64,000 bases of DNA from Macrostomum lignano (lineage: Eukaryota), in assembly GCA_002269645.1 (NCBI GenBank), contig NIVC01000065.1, forward strand, positions 193,738 to 257,737. The letters run 5' to 3'. The position numbers were made by a program, and so were the translations under genes. Shown one piece after another: positions 49,303 through 61,384 of this stretch (position 1 is the first letter of the stretch; the number at the start of each line of letters is the position of its first letter). The notes under the pieces are model-generated. The model did not search any database, was not told the DNA's origin, and saw only the letters and a list, made by a program, of their open reading frames with translations.

Positions 49303-50138
49303 CAGGGGCGTCGCCATGGATTTTATGGCGGGGGGACAAAGCCAACAATTGGACATGTACCGGTACGTGTACATGGAGTAAATTCCTACATGTACATTAT
49401 TTTCAGAATCGGTGATGTTAGCATTCATTTTAGCGGCGCGGGCACTCATTTTAGCGCCGCAGGCACTCATTTTGGCGCCGCAGGCACTCATTTTGGCGCC
49501 GCAGGCACTCATTTTAGCGCCGCAGGCACTCATTATAGCGCCGCAGGCACTCATTTTAGCGCCACAGGCACTCATTTTAGCGCCGCAGGCACTCATTATA
49601 GCGCCGCAGGCACTCATTATAGCGCCGCAGGCACTCATTTTAGCGCCACAGGCACTCATTTTAGCGCCGCAGGCACTCATTTTAGCGCCGGAGGCACTCA
49701 TTTTGGAGCCGCAGGCACTCATTTTAGCGCCGCAGGCACTCATTTTGGCGCCGCAGGCACTCATTTTAGCGCCGCAGGCACTCATTTTAGCGCCGCAGGC
49801 ACTCATTTTAGCGCCGCAGGCACTCATTTTAGCGCCGCAGGCACTCATTTTAGCGCCGCAGGCACTCATTTTAGCGCCGCAGGCACTCATTTTGGAGCCG
49901 CAGGCACTCATTTTAGCGCCGCAGGCACTCATTTTGGAGCCGCAGGCACTCATTTTAGCGCCGCAGGCACTCATTTTAGCGCCGCAGGCGCTGTTTGTCG
50001 CCCTGCAGCAAAATTATTGATTTCCATAACGGGTCATAAGCTGGTATGGGGTGGGGGACAAAGCATTGGCATTTACCCCCAGATCTTTTACTGGGGGGGG
50101 ACATGTCCCCCTGTCCCCCTCGTTGGCGACGCCCCCTG
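49303..50138 (+). mobile_element. hAT-like MITE with 14-bp TIRs enclosing an expanded 21-bp minisatellite (ggcactcattttagcgccgca, about 26 copies, 49440-49990)
   Basis: caggggcgtcgcca ... tggcgacgccccctg. Flanking 8-mers cgcaagtc / gataagtc match at 5 of 8 positions (possible eroded TSD). Confidence 0.8.
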
Positions 50139-50353
50139 GATAAGTCGCTTAAATATGCTTCTATATCAGAGAGGATGTTGTTAGGGATTATATAATCGCA
50201 AGGGAAGTCTCGGTGAGTTACAGCGTCAAATGGATTTCGCCCGAACGGGTTTTGTGCGATTAGAATTCAAGTTTTAATTGAAGCGACGATGTCACCTAGT
50301 GGGATCAGCTAGAAGCCTCTCAGAAACGGCAGGCGTCTAATGACAAATACACA

Positions 50354-50473
50354 TCCTACATCCGCTGAATGTCTGTGTAATGTAAAAGTACATTTTACAT
50401 ACATTATACTTTTATGTTCTTTGTACTCTGTATGTACTTTTTTACATTACACCGACATTCAGCCGATGTAGGA
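50354..50473. repeat. ~40-bp inverted repeat with a 38-bp spacer (foldback element remnant)
   Basis: tcctacatccgctgaatgtctgtgtaatgtaaaagtacat vs atgtactttttt..acattacaccgacattcagccgatgtagga. Confidence 0.85.
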
Positions 50474-51101
50474 CGTCGTTATCCGTCGATGTAATGTAAA
50501 AAGCACATCTGTCATCGAAGTCGGGCAGACGTCGCTCACTGACGTCGGATTGCGTTACGGGGTCTGTGCGCTCATATACATGTACAATGTCTACATTATG
50601 CAGTTAACATACTGCACGCAGTGAGAGTGACGAGAGAGCGAGGCTAGAGTGCTTGTGCTGAATAAATCTGGGTCGACTATAGCTGTGCTTCATTCGGTAT
50701 TTTTTATCTACGTATTCCTATTGCACCTGCTGCTTTGTGTTCCGCGCGTGAAAAAAATTCTTTAAGGTTTGGCCCGCTATATAGACTATATCTGCAGAGT
50801 TTGCACCTGCATGCATGCGTGCGCAGAGGTTTTTATAGCTGGTTTTTTCATCTCGCAAATGAAAGTAAAAACTATCCAACTTTGACGGGGAAAAACAATT
50901 TTCGGATGAATTTTTCCGATTCGGCAAACAATTTGGTGAGACTCTTATTGTTGCATGTACGAGTAATTATATATGCGCTATGTACGTATGCACACGAAGT
51001 CGGGAATGTACAGACTAACATAATTCCTAAAACCTTTAATTACAACGGCAGTGGGAAATTTCTGAAGGAACAGCAAATAAAAGTTCAAATTCACAGCGTA
51101 C

Positions 51102-51300
51102 AGTTTCGAATGTTGAAAGCACCCTTTGGTGAAAGCACCAAAGGGTGCTGGCGTCCCTTGGTGCTGGCGCCCCTTGGTGCTGGCGCCCCTTGGTGCTGGC
51201 GCCCTTTGGTGCTAAAGCCCCTTGGTGCTAAAGCCCCTTGGTGCTGGCATCTTAGGATCATAGGCATCTTAGCACCAGGGGCAAGGCGCCCTTGGTGCTG
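51102..51300. repeat. Short 15-16 bp repeat cluster (cccttggtgctaaagc / cccttggtgctggcgc), inverted relative of the POU4-intron minisatellite
   Basis: The reverse-complement unit accaaggggctttagc matches accaggggctttagc, and the flank matches the 26521-26556 end of the POU4 array. Confidence 0.75.
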
Positions 51301-52134
51301 CTTGGCGAGGCTCATACTTATTAAGTATCGAGAATTGCAGCTACTTGCATTTTTCTATTTTGCCGATACTGTAAATACTCGTCTGATACATTCAGGCATT
51401 TCCTGCAAATTATAACTAGTGCACTTGCCAATTTAGGTTCTTTTATTTAAAAAAACAACTTTTTAGTGCTACATATTTTTCGTAGTTCTCAATCATTACA
51501 ACAAACGGGCCACCATTAAACTCGCGCATAAATTTTAAATGCGCAATAGAGTTCAGCGCGTTTGTGTCAGTGGTAAATGTACATTATTTTATACAATAGA
51601 AATCTATGTACATTTATTTACAGTCTCTGGGAGAGACATGCGGACTGCAAGTAATTACTGTACAATCTAAGAGTTCTGAACTGCAACATATAACAAACTG
51701 GACTTTGACTTTAAGCAAAGAGCGAGGAGTGAACTGATAAGAGGGATAGAGTTTGGTTCAACGAGTGAAACGAGTTTGGCAATCTAAAATATAGCAGTAA
51801 ATTGTTATATTTGAAATTTCAAATAGATTTTATTTAGCACACTATCCCGAACAACCGAAGTTAGCCGAAGCCTACCTGCTGCTGTGGTATGTACAGCCGA
51901 TGTAACTTCTGTCGTTTGTGTCGTAATATCTGATTAGGAAACTAACAATTATTGGGAAGGTGTCAGCAATTATTTACCGGTTAACAAATTTTTACCTTCA
52001 GCAGAATTAATCAATAAAAAGTTTATTTTAAGCAATGCCGTCTTAATTCAGCTGAAACCAAAATCCATTATTAATAAGCTCACTTCAAATCGGGTTAGCA
52101 GGTAACTATTTGTAAGGACGCAGAGGAGAAAGCG

Positions 52135-52720
52135 GATAGAGGCAGATAGATGGTGGATAGAAAGGTAGGTAGAGGTCATATAGAGGCAGGTAGAAGGCGG
52201 ATAGAGAAGCAGGTAGAGGGCGGATAGAGAGACAGATAGAGGGCGGATAGAGAAGCAGGTAGAGAGCGGAGAGACAAGTAGAAGTCAGATAGAGAGACAG
52301 GTAGAGAGCGGATAGAGAGACAGGTAGAGAGCGGATAGAGAGACAGATAGAGGGCAGACAGAAAGACAGGTAGGGGGCGGATCGAGACAGGTAGAGGATG
52401 GATAGAGGCAGGTAGAGGGCGGATAGAGAGACAAGTAGAAGTCAGATAGAGAGACAGGTAGAGAGCGGATAGAGAGACAGGTAGAGAGCAGATAGAGAGA
52501 CAGATAGAGGGCAGACAGAAAGACAGGTAGGGGGCGGATCGAGACAGGTAGAGGATGGATAGAGGCAGGTAGAGGGCGGATAGAGAGACAAGTAGAAGTC
52601 AGATAGAGAGACGGGTAGAGGGAGGATAGAGAGACAGATAGAGAGCGGATAGCGATAGGTAGAGGGCGGATAGAGATAGGTAGAGGGCGGATAAAAGGCA
52701 GGAAGAGGGCGGATCGAGGC
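52135..52720. repeat. Purine-rich degenerate tandem repeat (gtagagggcggatagagagacag-like)
   Basis: Recurring units upstream of the NRAMP start. Confidence 0.9.
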
Positions 52721-52775
52721 AAGTAGAGATACAGGACACGAACCCCTTCCTCAGTCCTCAGCTGAAGCCATCGGG

Positions 52776-55700
52776 ATGAGCAGTTCGCCAACAAAGCTCG
52801 ATGAAGAGCAGCATGGCTCGGCCAGTCAGACCGACTCCAACAGCCCAGCAGCTGCAAACGGAGTCGAGACCTACTTTGACGAAAAAATCCCCATCCCAGA
52901 GGGCGACACGGATCCCAACGCCTGCTTCGGCACGGGTTTCTCCTTCCGCAAGCTATGGGCCTTCACTGGTCCGGGCTTCCTGATGAGCATCGCCTATTTG
53001 GATCCGGGAAATGTTGAGTCGGACCTGCAGAGCGGCAGTCTCGCCGGTTTCAAGCTGCTGTGGCTGCTGCTGCTCGCTCACATTCTTGGATTGTTGATGC
53101 AGCGCCTGGCTGCCCGGCTGGGAGTGGTCAGCGGTCAGCACCTGGCTGAGGTGTGCTCGAAGCTGTATCCGCGTGTGCCTCGGTTCATACTGTGGCTGAT
53201 GATTGAAATTGCCATTATCGGATCCGATATGCAGGTAATGTACTATTATTAGGTTGCACTTTTAGAGACAGTTTTTAGGCGATAGAGTGTTCCATGCTAG
53301 ATGCATGTTAGCTCAGGGAGCCCAGAGTTTGGTCAGGGTAGCAATTTGGCCGTCAATTTGTGACAGCAAAATCAGTCGGTTTTTGAATCGATTTGCTACG
53401 AGCGTTCACCTGTTAGATTTAATCAAACACCTTGCTTGATGGGTGAGTCACTTGTGAGATAAAAGAGACCCTGTTGACACCTGATAAAAAAGTGAGGCAT
53501 CTCGTATTCGGAAAAAACGTGTGATTACTAATTTATTATTATTATTATTAGTTACTATTAGATGCCCTAATTTGGCCAGATGTGCAACCGACAGCTCAGC
53601 CACAGCTATTGCGCGGCGCATCTGAAGGCTGCGTACGGCTGTTCAGCCCAAGGACTGGGGGGGGGGGGTCGCCACACACAGCCTCAATTAGCCCAGCTAA
53701 TGCTGGCACCCATTTTACAGCTGGGTGAATTGAAGCAATGCAGAGTTAAGCGTCTTGCTCAAGGACACAAATTGTTCCAGTGGGATCGGGAATCGAACCC
53801 CCGACCATTATTCGTTCAAGTCCGACGCTCTAACCACTGGGCTACAACCCTGCTAAAAACTATGACCATGGACAACGGAAGTAGAAGGACACCAGTCGAT
53901 TTTCTTTTTGTCGCATCGCCAGTGTATTTACGCTCGTCTGTTCCAGAGAACGCTTAGCGATGAATGGGGTTTAGCCATAGACAAATTCAAATGAAACCCG
54001 TGCCTCCAGCTCATTTCTAAGAAAATAGGAGAGTAGTATCATTCTACATGTACTTCGATTGTCCGCGAGTATGGCATGGCAGATACATGTACATGAGATG
54101 CCTGCTCGATAAGTACGAACGCATGTTATTTTTATCTACCAAAAAACTTCACAGGAAGTAATTGGCACAGCAATCGCGCTCAACCTGATTTCAAACGGAG
54201 TCATGCCACTGTGGGCAGGCGTCCTTGTCACCATAGTGGACACGTTCACCTTCCTGCTAATTGAAGAGTGCGGCCTTCGCAAATTGGAAGCATTTTTCGG
54301 CGCTTTGATCACAGTGATGGCTGTGACATTTGGGTATGAATATGTGACAGTCAAACCCGATCAGGGACAGGTGCTAAAGGGTATGTTTGTGCCATGGTGC
54401 AGTGGCTGCGGCAGTGAGCAGCTTGAGCAGGTGAGGGAAATGATTCAATTATCTATGGTTGTCTAAGAATCTAGGGTTGTAGCAGCTTATCTAAGAATCT
54501 AGGGTTGTGTCAGCATATCTAAGAATCTAGGGTTGTGTCAGCAGCTTATCTAAGAATCTAGGGCTGTGTCAGCAGCTTATCTAAGAATCAAGGTTTTGTC
54601 AGCAGCTTATCTAAGAATCTAGGGTTGTGTCAGCAGCTTATCTAAGAATCTAGGGTTGTGTCAGCTTATCTAAGAATCTAGGGTTGTGTCAGCAGCTTAT
54701 CTAAGAATCTAGGGCTGTGTCAGCAGCTTATCTAAGAATCTAGGGTTGTGTCAGCTTATCTAAGAATCTAGGGCTGTGTCAGCAGCTTATCTAAGAATCT
54801 AGGGCTGTGTCAGCTTATCTAAGAATCTAGGGTTGTGTCAGGAGCTTATCTAAGAATCTAGGGTTGTGTCAGCAGCTTATCTAAGAATCTAGGGCTGTGT
54901 CAGCAGCTTATCTAAGAATCTAGGGTTGTGTCAGCAGCTTATCTAAGAATCTAGGGTTGCGTCAGCTTATCTAAGAATCTAGGGTTGTGTCAGCAGCTTA
55001 TCTAAGAATCTAGGGTTGTGTCAGCAGCTTATCTAAGAATCTAGGGTTGTGTCAGCTTATCTAAGAATCTAGGGCTGTGTCAGCAGCTTATCTAAGAATC
55101 TAGGGTTGTGTCAGCAGCTTATCTAAGAATCTAGGGTTGTGTCAGCAGCTTATCTAAGAATCTAGGGTTGTGTCAGCTTATCTAAGAATCTAGGGCTGTG
55201 TCAGCAGCTTATCTAAGAATCTAGGGTTGTGTCAGCAGCTTATCTAAGAATCTAGGGCTGTGTCAGCAGCTTATCTAAGAATCTAGGGTTGTGTCAGCTT
55301 ATCTAAGAATCTAGGGTTGTGTCAGCAGCTTATCTAAGAATCTAGGGTTGTGTCAGCAGCTTATCTAAGAATCTAGGGTTGTGGCAGCTTGTCTAAGAAT
55401 CTAGGGTTGTGGCAGCTTATCTAAGATAACCTGTACTACTTAATTTGCACCAATTAACCCCTACTCATCAACCGCAGGCGGTGGGCATCATTGGAGCCGT
55501 GATTATGCCGCACAACATCTACCTGCATTCGGCCTTGGTTCGCTCACGAAGTGTCAACCGTCGCTCAAAGCGAGCAGTTCGAGAAGCAAATTTCTACTTC
55601 TTCCTTGAGGCTGGAATCGCTCTTTTTGTGTCCTTCCTCATCAACATGTTTGTAGTGTCCGTGTTCGCCGAAGGCTACTTCGGCAAGGACCCGCAAACGG

Positions 55701-57287
55701 TTTACAACGCATGCGTTGCCGCTGGCAACCCGCACGCCGACGTGTTCAAAAACAGCAGCTCGGATATGGACATTTTTCGCGGCGGCGTCTTTCTTGGCTG
55801 CGAGTTCGGCATCGCCTGCATGTACATCTGGGCGCTGGGCATCCTGGCTGCCGGGCAGTCTTCTACTATGACTGGCAAGTGAAGCACTTGGAATTTCCTT
55901 GGATTCTCCCCTTTGTCCCTGAAGGCTTTGCTTGCCTAACAGCACCTGAAGCCCACAGAGAATTCCAACCCAATAGGATTCCCCAATTCATAGGGTTCCC
56001 CAGGGAATCCCAACCAAAAGGATTCCCAGAGAATCCCAATCTGATAGGATTCCCCAGAGAATCCCAACCCCATTTTATTATTTTTTATTAGAGGCAGGGG
56101 GGTTGTGTGCACCCTGGCGCACTTTAAGCGACATAGGCACATAACCGGCGAGAGGCATTACTGCCCATTCCGCCGACTCCCCTGAGCAGGCATACAAGCG
56201 CGCGGATACGTACGCAGGCACACACTCACACAGGAGTGTACAGCGGCCCTAACTTTATATTATATACCCCATAGGATTCCCCAAAGAATCCCAACCCCAT
56301 AGGATTCCCCAGAGAATCCCAACCCCATAGGATTCCCCAGAGAATCCCAACCCTATAGGATTCCCAGAAAACCCTGTAGGATTCCCCAGAGAATCCCAAC
56401 CCCATAGGATTCCCCAGAGAATCCCAACCCCATAGGATTCCCAGAGAATCCCAACCCCATAGGATTCCCCAGAAAACCCTGTAGGATTCCCCAGAGAATC
56501 CCAACCCCATAGGATTCCCCAGAGAATCCCAACCCCATAGGATTCCCCAGAGAATCCCAACCCATAGGATTCCCCAGAAAATCCCATTCATATTGGATTT
56601 CCCAAGAATCCCAACCCCATAGAATTCCCACAGAATCCCAACCCCCCATGGAATTCTCAGAGAATCCCAACCCGAAGTTAATTCCCAAATAATTCCCTCC
56701 TGGGAATCCCTGAAACTCCAGGCACCTACGCCGGCCAGTTCGTGATGGAGGGCTTCTTGGATCTGAAGTGGAAGAAGTACCAGCGAGTCCTGCTGACCCG
56801 CACCATCGCCATTCTGCCCACGGTGTTCCTCGCCGTTTTCGCTGGTCGCGACCAGCTCACCAGCTTGAACGACCTGCTCAACGTGCTGATGTCTCTGCAG
56901 CTACCGTTCGCACTGATCCCAGTGCTCACCTTCACCGCTTCTAAGCGAGTCATGGGCAAGTCATTCGTGAACGGGCCCGCTAATTCCATAGTAACCGCCG
57001 CTCTGGCCGTAGCTGTCATAGGGATCAATCTGTACTTTGTCCAGCTGAGCGTGTCAGCCCTGCCCAAGCTGTGGTACATCTACCTGCCCGTGTCAGTGGC
57101 TATCATACTGTACCTGCTGTCTATTCTGTTCCTAGTCTGGTGCCTGATCGAACTTGGCTTCACAGTTCTGCTGTTCGGCCTTCCCGGGGACCGGTTCGGG
57201 TTCCCGAGTGAGGACACGCGGCACCTGTTTGCCGACTACGAGGAGCATGGCGGCAGAGTGGCTGAGGCTGCGGTGAACGATGGGTGA
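52776..57287 (+). CDS. SLC11A2: NRAMP/SLC11 divalent metal transporter (DMT1/Malvolio-like); join(52776..53234,54155..54430,55478..55874,56722..57287), 565 aa
   Basis: [51 protein letters not shown] and the [18 protein letters not shown] motif. Exons total 1698 nt in frame when intron 3 uses a GC donor. Confidence 0.95.
53535..53850 (-). mobile_element. tRNA-derived SINE with a CORE/Meta-like central domain and (TAA)n tail, in NRAMP intron 1
   Basis: Minus strand: A box TAGCCCAGTGG (53844-53834), B box GGTTCGATTCC (53799-53789), then tgtgtccttgagcaagacgcttaac...cacccagctgtaaaatgggtgcc, ending in taataataat. Confidence 0.85.
54462..55432. repeat. Minisatellite, 31/28 bp (tctaagaatctagggttgtgtcagcagctta), about 32 copies, NRAMP intron 2
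   Basis: Direct tandem units in two length variants (with or without one cag). Confidence 0.97.
55950..56710. repeat. Minisatellite, ~28 bp (ataggattccccagagaatcccaacccc), NRAMP intron 3, interrupted at about 56072-56265
   Basis: Tandem units on both sides of an unrelated insert. Confidence 0.93.
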
Positions 57288-57469
57288 CGTTCCAATGCTT
57301 TAAATTGAAGTATTTCTTGTAAACATTTTCAGTTTATCTCACAAGCTTTGATTGTTTGAGACAAGAACGTAAAGCTTTTTTGTATTTTATAACTGCTTTT
57401 GTTGATTAATGATCTGATTAAAAAGAAGCCTATGAATCTACTTTGAGTATATAAAGTATTCTATTTGAC

Positions 57470-57745
57470 AAGGTCCTCTATTTGAGTACATAGAGTGTCA
57501 TCTAATTGCGTAGATAGGGTCCTCCATTTGAGTAGATAGGGTCCTCCATTTGAGTAGATAGGATCCTCTATTTGAGTAGATAGGGTCTTTTAATTGTGAG
57601 TAGACATGGTTCTTTATTCGAGTAGATAGAGTCCTCTATTCGAGTAGACACGGTAGGTTTGAGTAGACATGGGCTTCTATTTGAGTAGAGATGGTGCTCT
57701 AGTTAAGTCGATAGGGTCCTCTATTTGAGTAGACATTGAGATAGG
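57470..57745. repeat. Degenerate ~22-bp tandem repeat (gagtagatagggtcctccattt)
   Basis: Recurring units downstream of NRAMP. Confidence 0.85.
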
Positions 57746-58431
57746 GTCCTCCTCCAGGTCGTGAAGTCCTTAGTCTAGAAAGGTCCCCTATTCAGTTGAT
57801 GAACTCCTGTTTAGCAAAGTACATTTATAGTATTTGAATGGAACAGTTTAGCACCTGCAAGTATGCACCGTTGAAATGAAATGAAAATCTCCACGAAGCT
57901 ACTATAATAAGTTACAACATTTTACTTATCCAAGACTATATCGCGGTTGCTATGCTTATAACTATATTTGCTGCTACCGTATTACGACAACGATTAATAC
58001 TAAAATGAAATATTTCTGTTCTGATTTAACAGTAGAAAATGATTGGATTTGGCCTAAAATTCAATATTATTTTCGTCGAAAGCTAAATTTAATCCTGTTT
58101 TTCTGTTTATTCTTGCGATTTGTACTCGGAAAATCCGACAACTGCACGAGATGCAATTAAACCCCCTCTCTCTCTCTCCCTCTTTTCTCTCTCTCCTCTC
58201 TCACTATTTCTGTACGCTTTCATTGATTGTCTTGCCAACTAAGACAATAGTTGCTGTACATGGGGTCAGTGCGGTTGGCATGAAACAATATAAAAGCATC
58301 AAAATTTGGCGAGAGAATGAGTCACATTCTACCTAGTATCTTTTTTATTGCAGCCTTCTTTGATGCAATTCCTGGGTAAGTGTATATTCTTTTTTAAACT
58401 GCTTTCTGTTGTTTATTCTACATGCCTGTGA

Positions 58432-60475
58432 TTCTGTAGCCGGTAATGCTGTAGTCTGTGATGCTGTAGTCTGTGATGCTGTAGTCTGTGATGCTATAGT
58501 CTGTGATGCTGTAGTCTGTGATGGTGTAGTCTGTGATGCTGTAGTCTGTGATGCTGTAGTCTGTGATGCTGTAGTCTGTGATGCTGTAGTCTGTGATGCT
58601 GTAGTCTGTGATGGTGTAGTCTGTGATGCTGTAGTCTGTGATGGTGTAGTCTGTGATGCTGTAGTCTGTGATGCTGTAGCCGGTGATGCTGTAGTCTGTG
58701 ATGATGTAGTCTGTGATGGTGTAGTCTGTGATGGTGTAGTCTGTGATGGTGTAGTCTGTGATGCTGTAGTCTGTGATGGTGTAGTCTGTGATGCTGTAGT
58801 CTGTGATGCTGTAGTCTGTGATGCTGTAGTCTGTGATGCTGTAGTCTGTAATGGTCTACTCTGTGATGCTTTAGTCTGTGATGGTGTAGTCTGTGATGCT
58901 GTAGTCTGTGATGCTGTAGTCTGTGATGCTGTAGTCTGTGATGGTCTACTCTGTGATGCTTTAGTCTGTGATGCTGTAGTCTGTGATGCTGCAGTCTGTG
59001 ATGGTGTAGTCTGTGATGCTGTAGTCTGTGATGGTCTACTCTGTGATGCTTTAGTCTGTGATGCTGTAGTCTGTGATGCTGCAGTCTGTGATGGTGTAGT
59101 ATGTGATGCTGTAGTCTGTGATGGTGTAGTCTGTGATGCTGTAGTCTGTGATGGTGTAGTCTGTGATGCTGCACTCTGTGATGCTGCAGTCTGTAATGAT
59201 GTAGTCTGTGATGGTGTAGTCTGTGATGGTGTAGTCTGTGATGCTACACTCTGTGATGCTGCAGTCTGTAATGATGTAGTCTGTGATGGTGTAGTCTGTG
59301 ATGGTGTAGTCTGTGATGCTGCAGTCTGTGATGGTGTAGTCTGTGATGCTGTAGTCTGTGATGGTCTACTCTGTGATGCTTTAGTCTGTGATGCTGTAGT
59401 CTGTGATGCTGCAGTCTGTGATGGTGTAGTATGTGATGCTGTAGTCTGTGATGGTGTAGTCTGTGATGCTGTAGTCTGTGATGGTGTAGTCTGTGATGCT
59501 GCACTCTGTGATGCTGCAGTCTGTAATGATGTAGTCTGTGATGGTGTAGTCTGTGATGGTGTAGTCTGTGATGCTACACTCTGTGATGCTGCAGTCTGTA
59601 ATGATGTAGTCTGTGATGGTGTAGTCTGTGATGGTGTAGTCTGTGATGGTGTAGTCTGTGATGGTGTAGTCTGTGATGGTGTAGTCTGTGATGGTGTAGT
59701 CTGTGATGGTGTAGTCTGTGATGGTGTAGTCTGTGATGGTGTAGTCTGTGATGGTGTAGTCTGTGATGGTGTAGTCTGTGATGGTGTAGTCTGTAATGGT
59801 GTAGTCTGTAATGATGTAGTCTGTGATGCTGCAATCTGTGATGGTGTACTCTGTGATGCTTTAGTCTGTGATGGTGTAGTCTGTGATGCTACACTCTGTG
59901 ATGCTGCAGTCTGTAATGATGTAGTCTGTGATGGTGTAGTCTGTTATGGTGTAGTCTGTGATGGTGTAGTCTGTGATGTGTAGTCTGTGATGGTGTAGTC
60001 TGTGATGGTGTAGTCTGTGATGGTGTAGTCTGTGATGGTGTAGTCTGTGATGGTGTAGTCTGTGATGGTGTAGTCTGTGATGGTGTAGTCTGTGATGGTG
60101 TAGTCTGTGATGGTGTAGTCTGTGATGGTGTAGTCTGTGATGGTGTAGTCTGTGATGGTGTAGTCTGTGATGGTGTAGTCTGTAATGGTGTAGTCTGTAA
60201 TGATGTAGTCTGTGATGCTGCAATCTGTGATGGATGTACTCTGTGATGCTTTAGTCTGTGATGGTGTAGTCTGTGATGCTACACTCTGTGATGCTGCAGT
60301 CTGTAATGATGTAGTCTGTGATGGTGTAGTCTGTGATGGTGTAGTCTGTGATGGTGTAGTCTGTGATGGTGTAGTCTGTGATGGTGTAGTCTGTGATGGT
60401 GTAGTCTGTGATGCTGTAATTTGTGATGGTGTAATATATGTGATGCTGTAATTTTTGATGCTGTAATCTGTGATG
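58432..60475. repeat. Large 15-bp satellite (gtagtctgtgatgct/ggt), about 135 copies, with higher-order blocks
   Basis: Direct tandem units; variant monomers recur at 330-bp spacing. Confidence 0.97.
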
Positions 60476-61384
60476 TGTACATGTAATCTAACTGTAACGC
60501 TTTATTCTGCGATACGTCAATCTTTCATACTGAAGACTGTATTTTGTGTAAGCCATCGCTGAAATTTGTTACCAAAACACAATCCAAATCAACAAATTTC
60601 TTTTAACAGGCTAAACAACACCTTTTGGAGTCCCAGGTGGATCCTCGCTCTACGAGGACCCAGCGGTCGGCGATGCCGATGCCGAAGCTAATAAAATTTT
60701 GAGATTCCGGCAATGTTCTTCTGCCGACGAGACTACAGAACAGACAGTTCAGCCGAAAAGATTTGTCAGAAACTGACATTGCTTTGCCTTTGACTACACG
60801 CTACCATGATACAATTTGACTCTCCTACAGTGAGAAGGGACTACTACAACATCTGCAACTACGCTAAAAGAGATGTTCTCTACCACAACAAGATGTTCTA
60901 GTCCCTTGGCATGGAGTGAAGCTACCGACACGCTTTGCTCCAATCTGTACAAAACTTTGTGCCTGCGCATCGTCGACCGAAAAAAAAGAATTAATTAATT
61001 TGTTCCTCAAGTTTTTCAAAGTTAATCTGCAAAGAGAAGAGAAACTATACTAAACGACGTTCTACTGCAACTACCGTAGTAGGGGTACCATTAACATAGG
61101 CTGTATTGTTATGCTTACCTACTGACTAATGTTAACTACTACTACTGGTAGCTAATCTTTGCAGTTTGGTTGCTGTGGCAACGGTAGCGAAAACAAACTA
61201 CAGCCGCTGCATGATCTTGGAAATTTCAATGCAAATCTGTGTTTGATGTCCTGAGTTGCGTTGAGAAATTCCCAGATGCTGCAGAGCTGGGTATATTGTT
61301 TCGCTTATAGCCCTGTATAATTAACAGATGTACAGTAGACATGTACAGTAGGCTAGCTACTTGCACCAGCTCCCAGCCCTCTGG

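Noticed and set aside
49264-50184. ORFs with FSAAGTH / SACGAKM repeats resembling ice-nucleation or antifreeze proteins
   Set aside because: A 21-bp array inside a TIR-bounded MITE.
53770-53850. tRNA gene
   Set aside because: A and B boxes are present, but there is no complete cloverleaf or acceptor stem and it continues into a SINE body and tail.
58409-60482. 524-aa (DAVVC)n ORF and His-rich antisense ORFs
   Set aside because: Products of the 15-bp satellite, with no non-repetitive domain or splice support.
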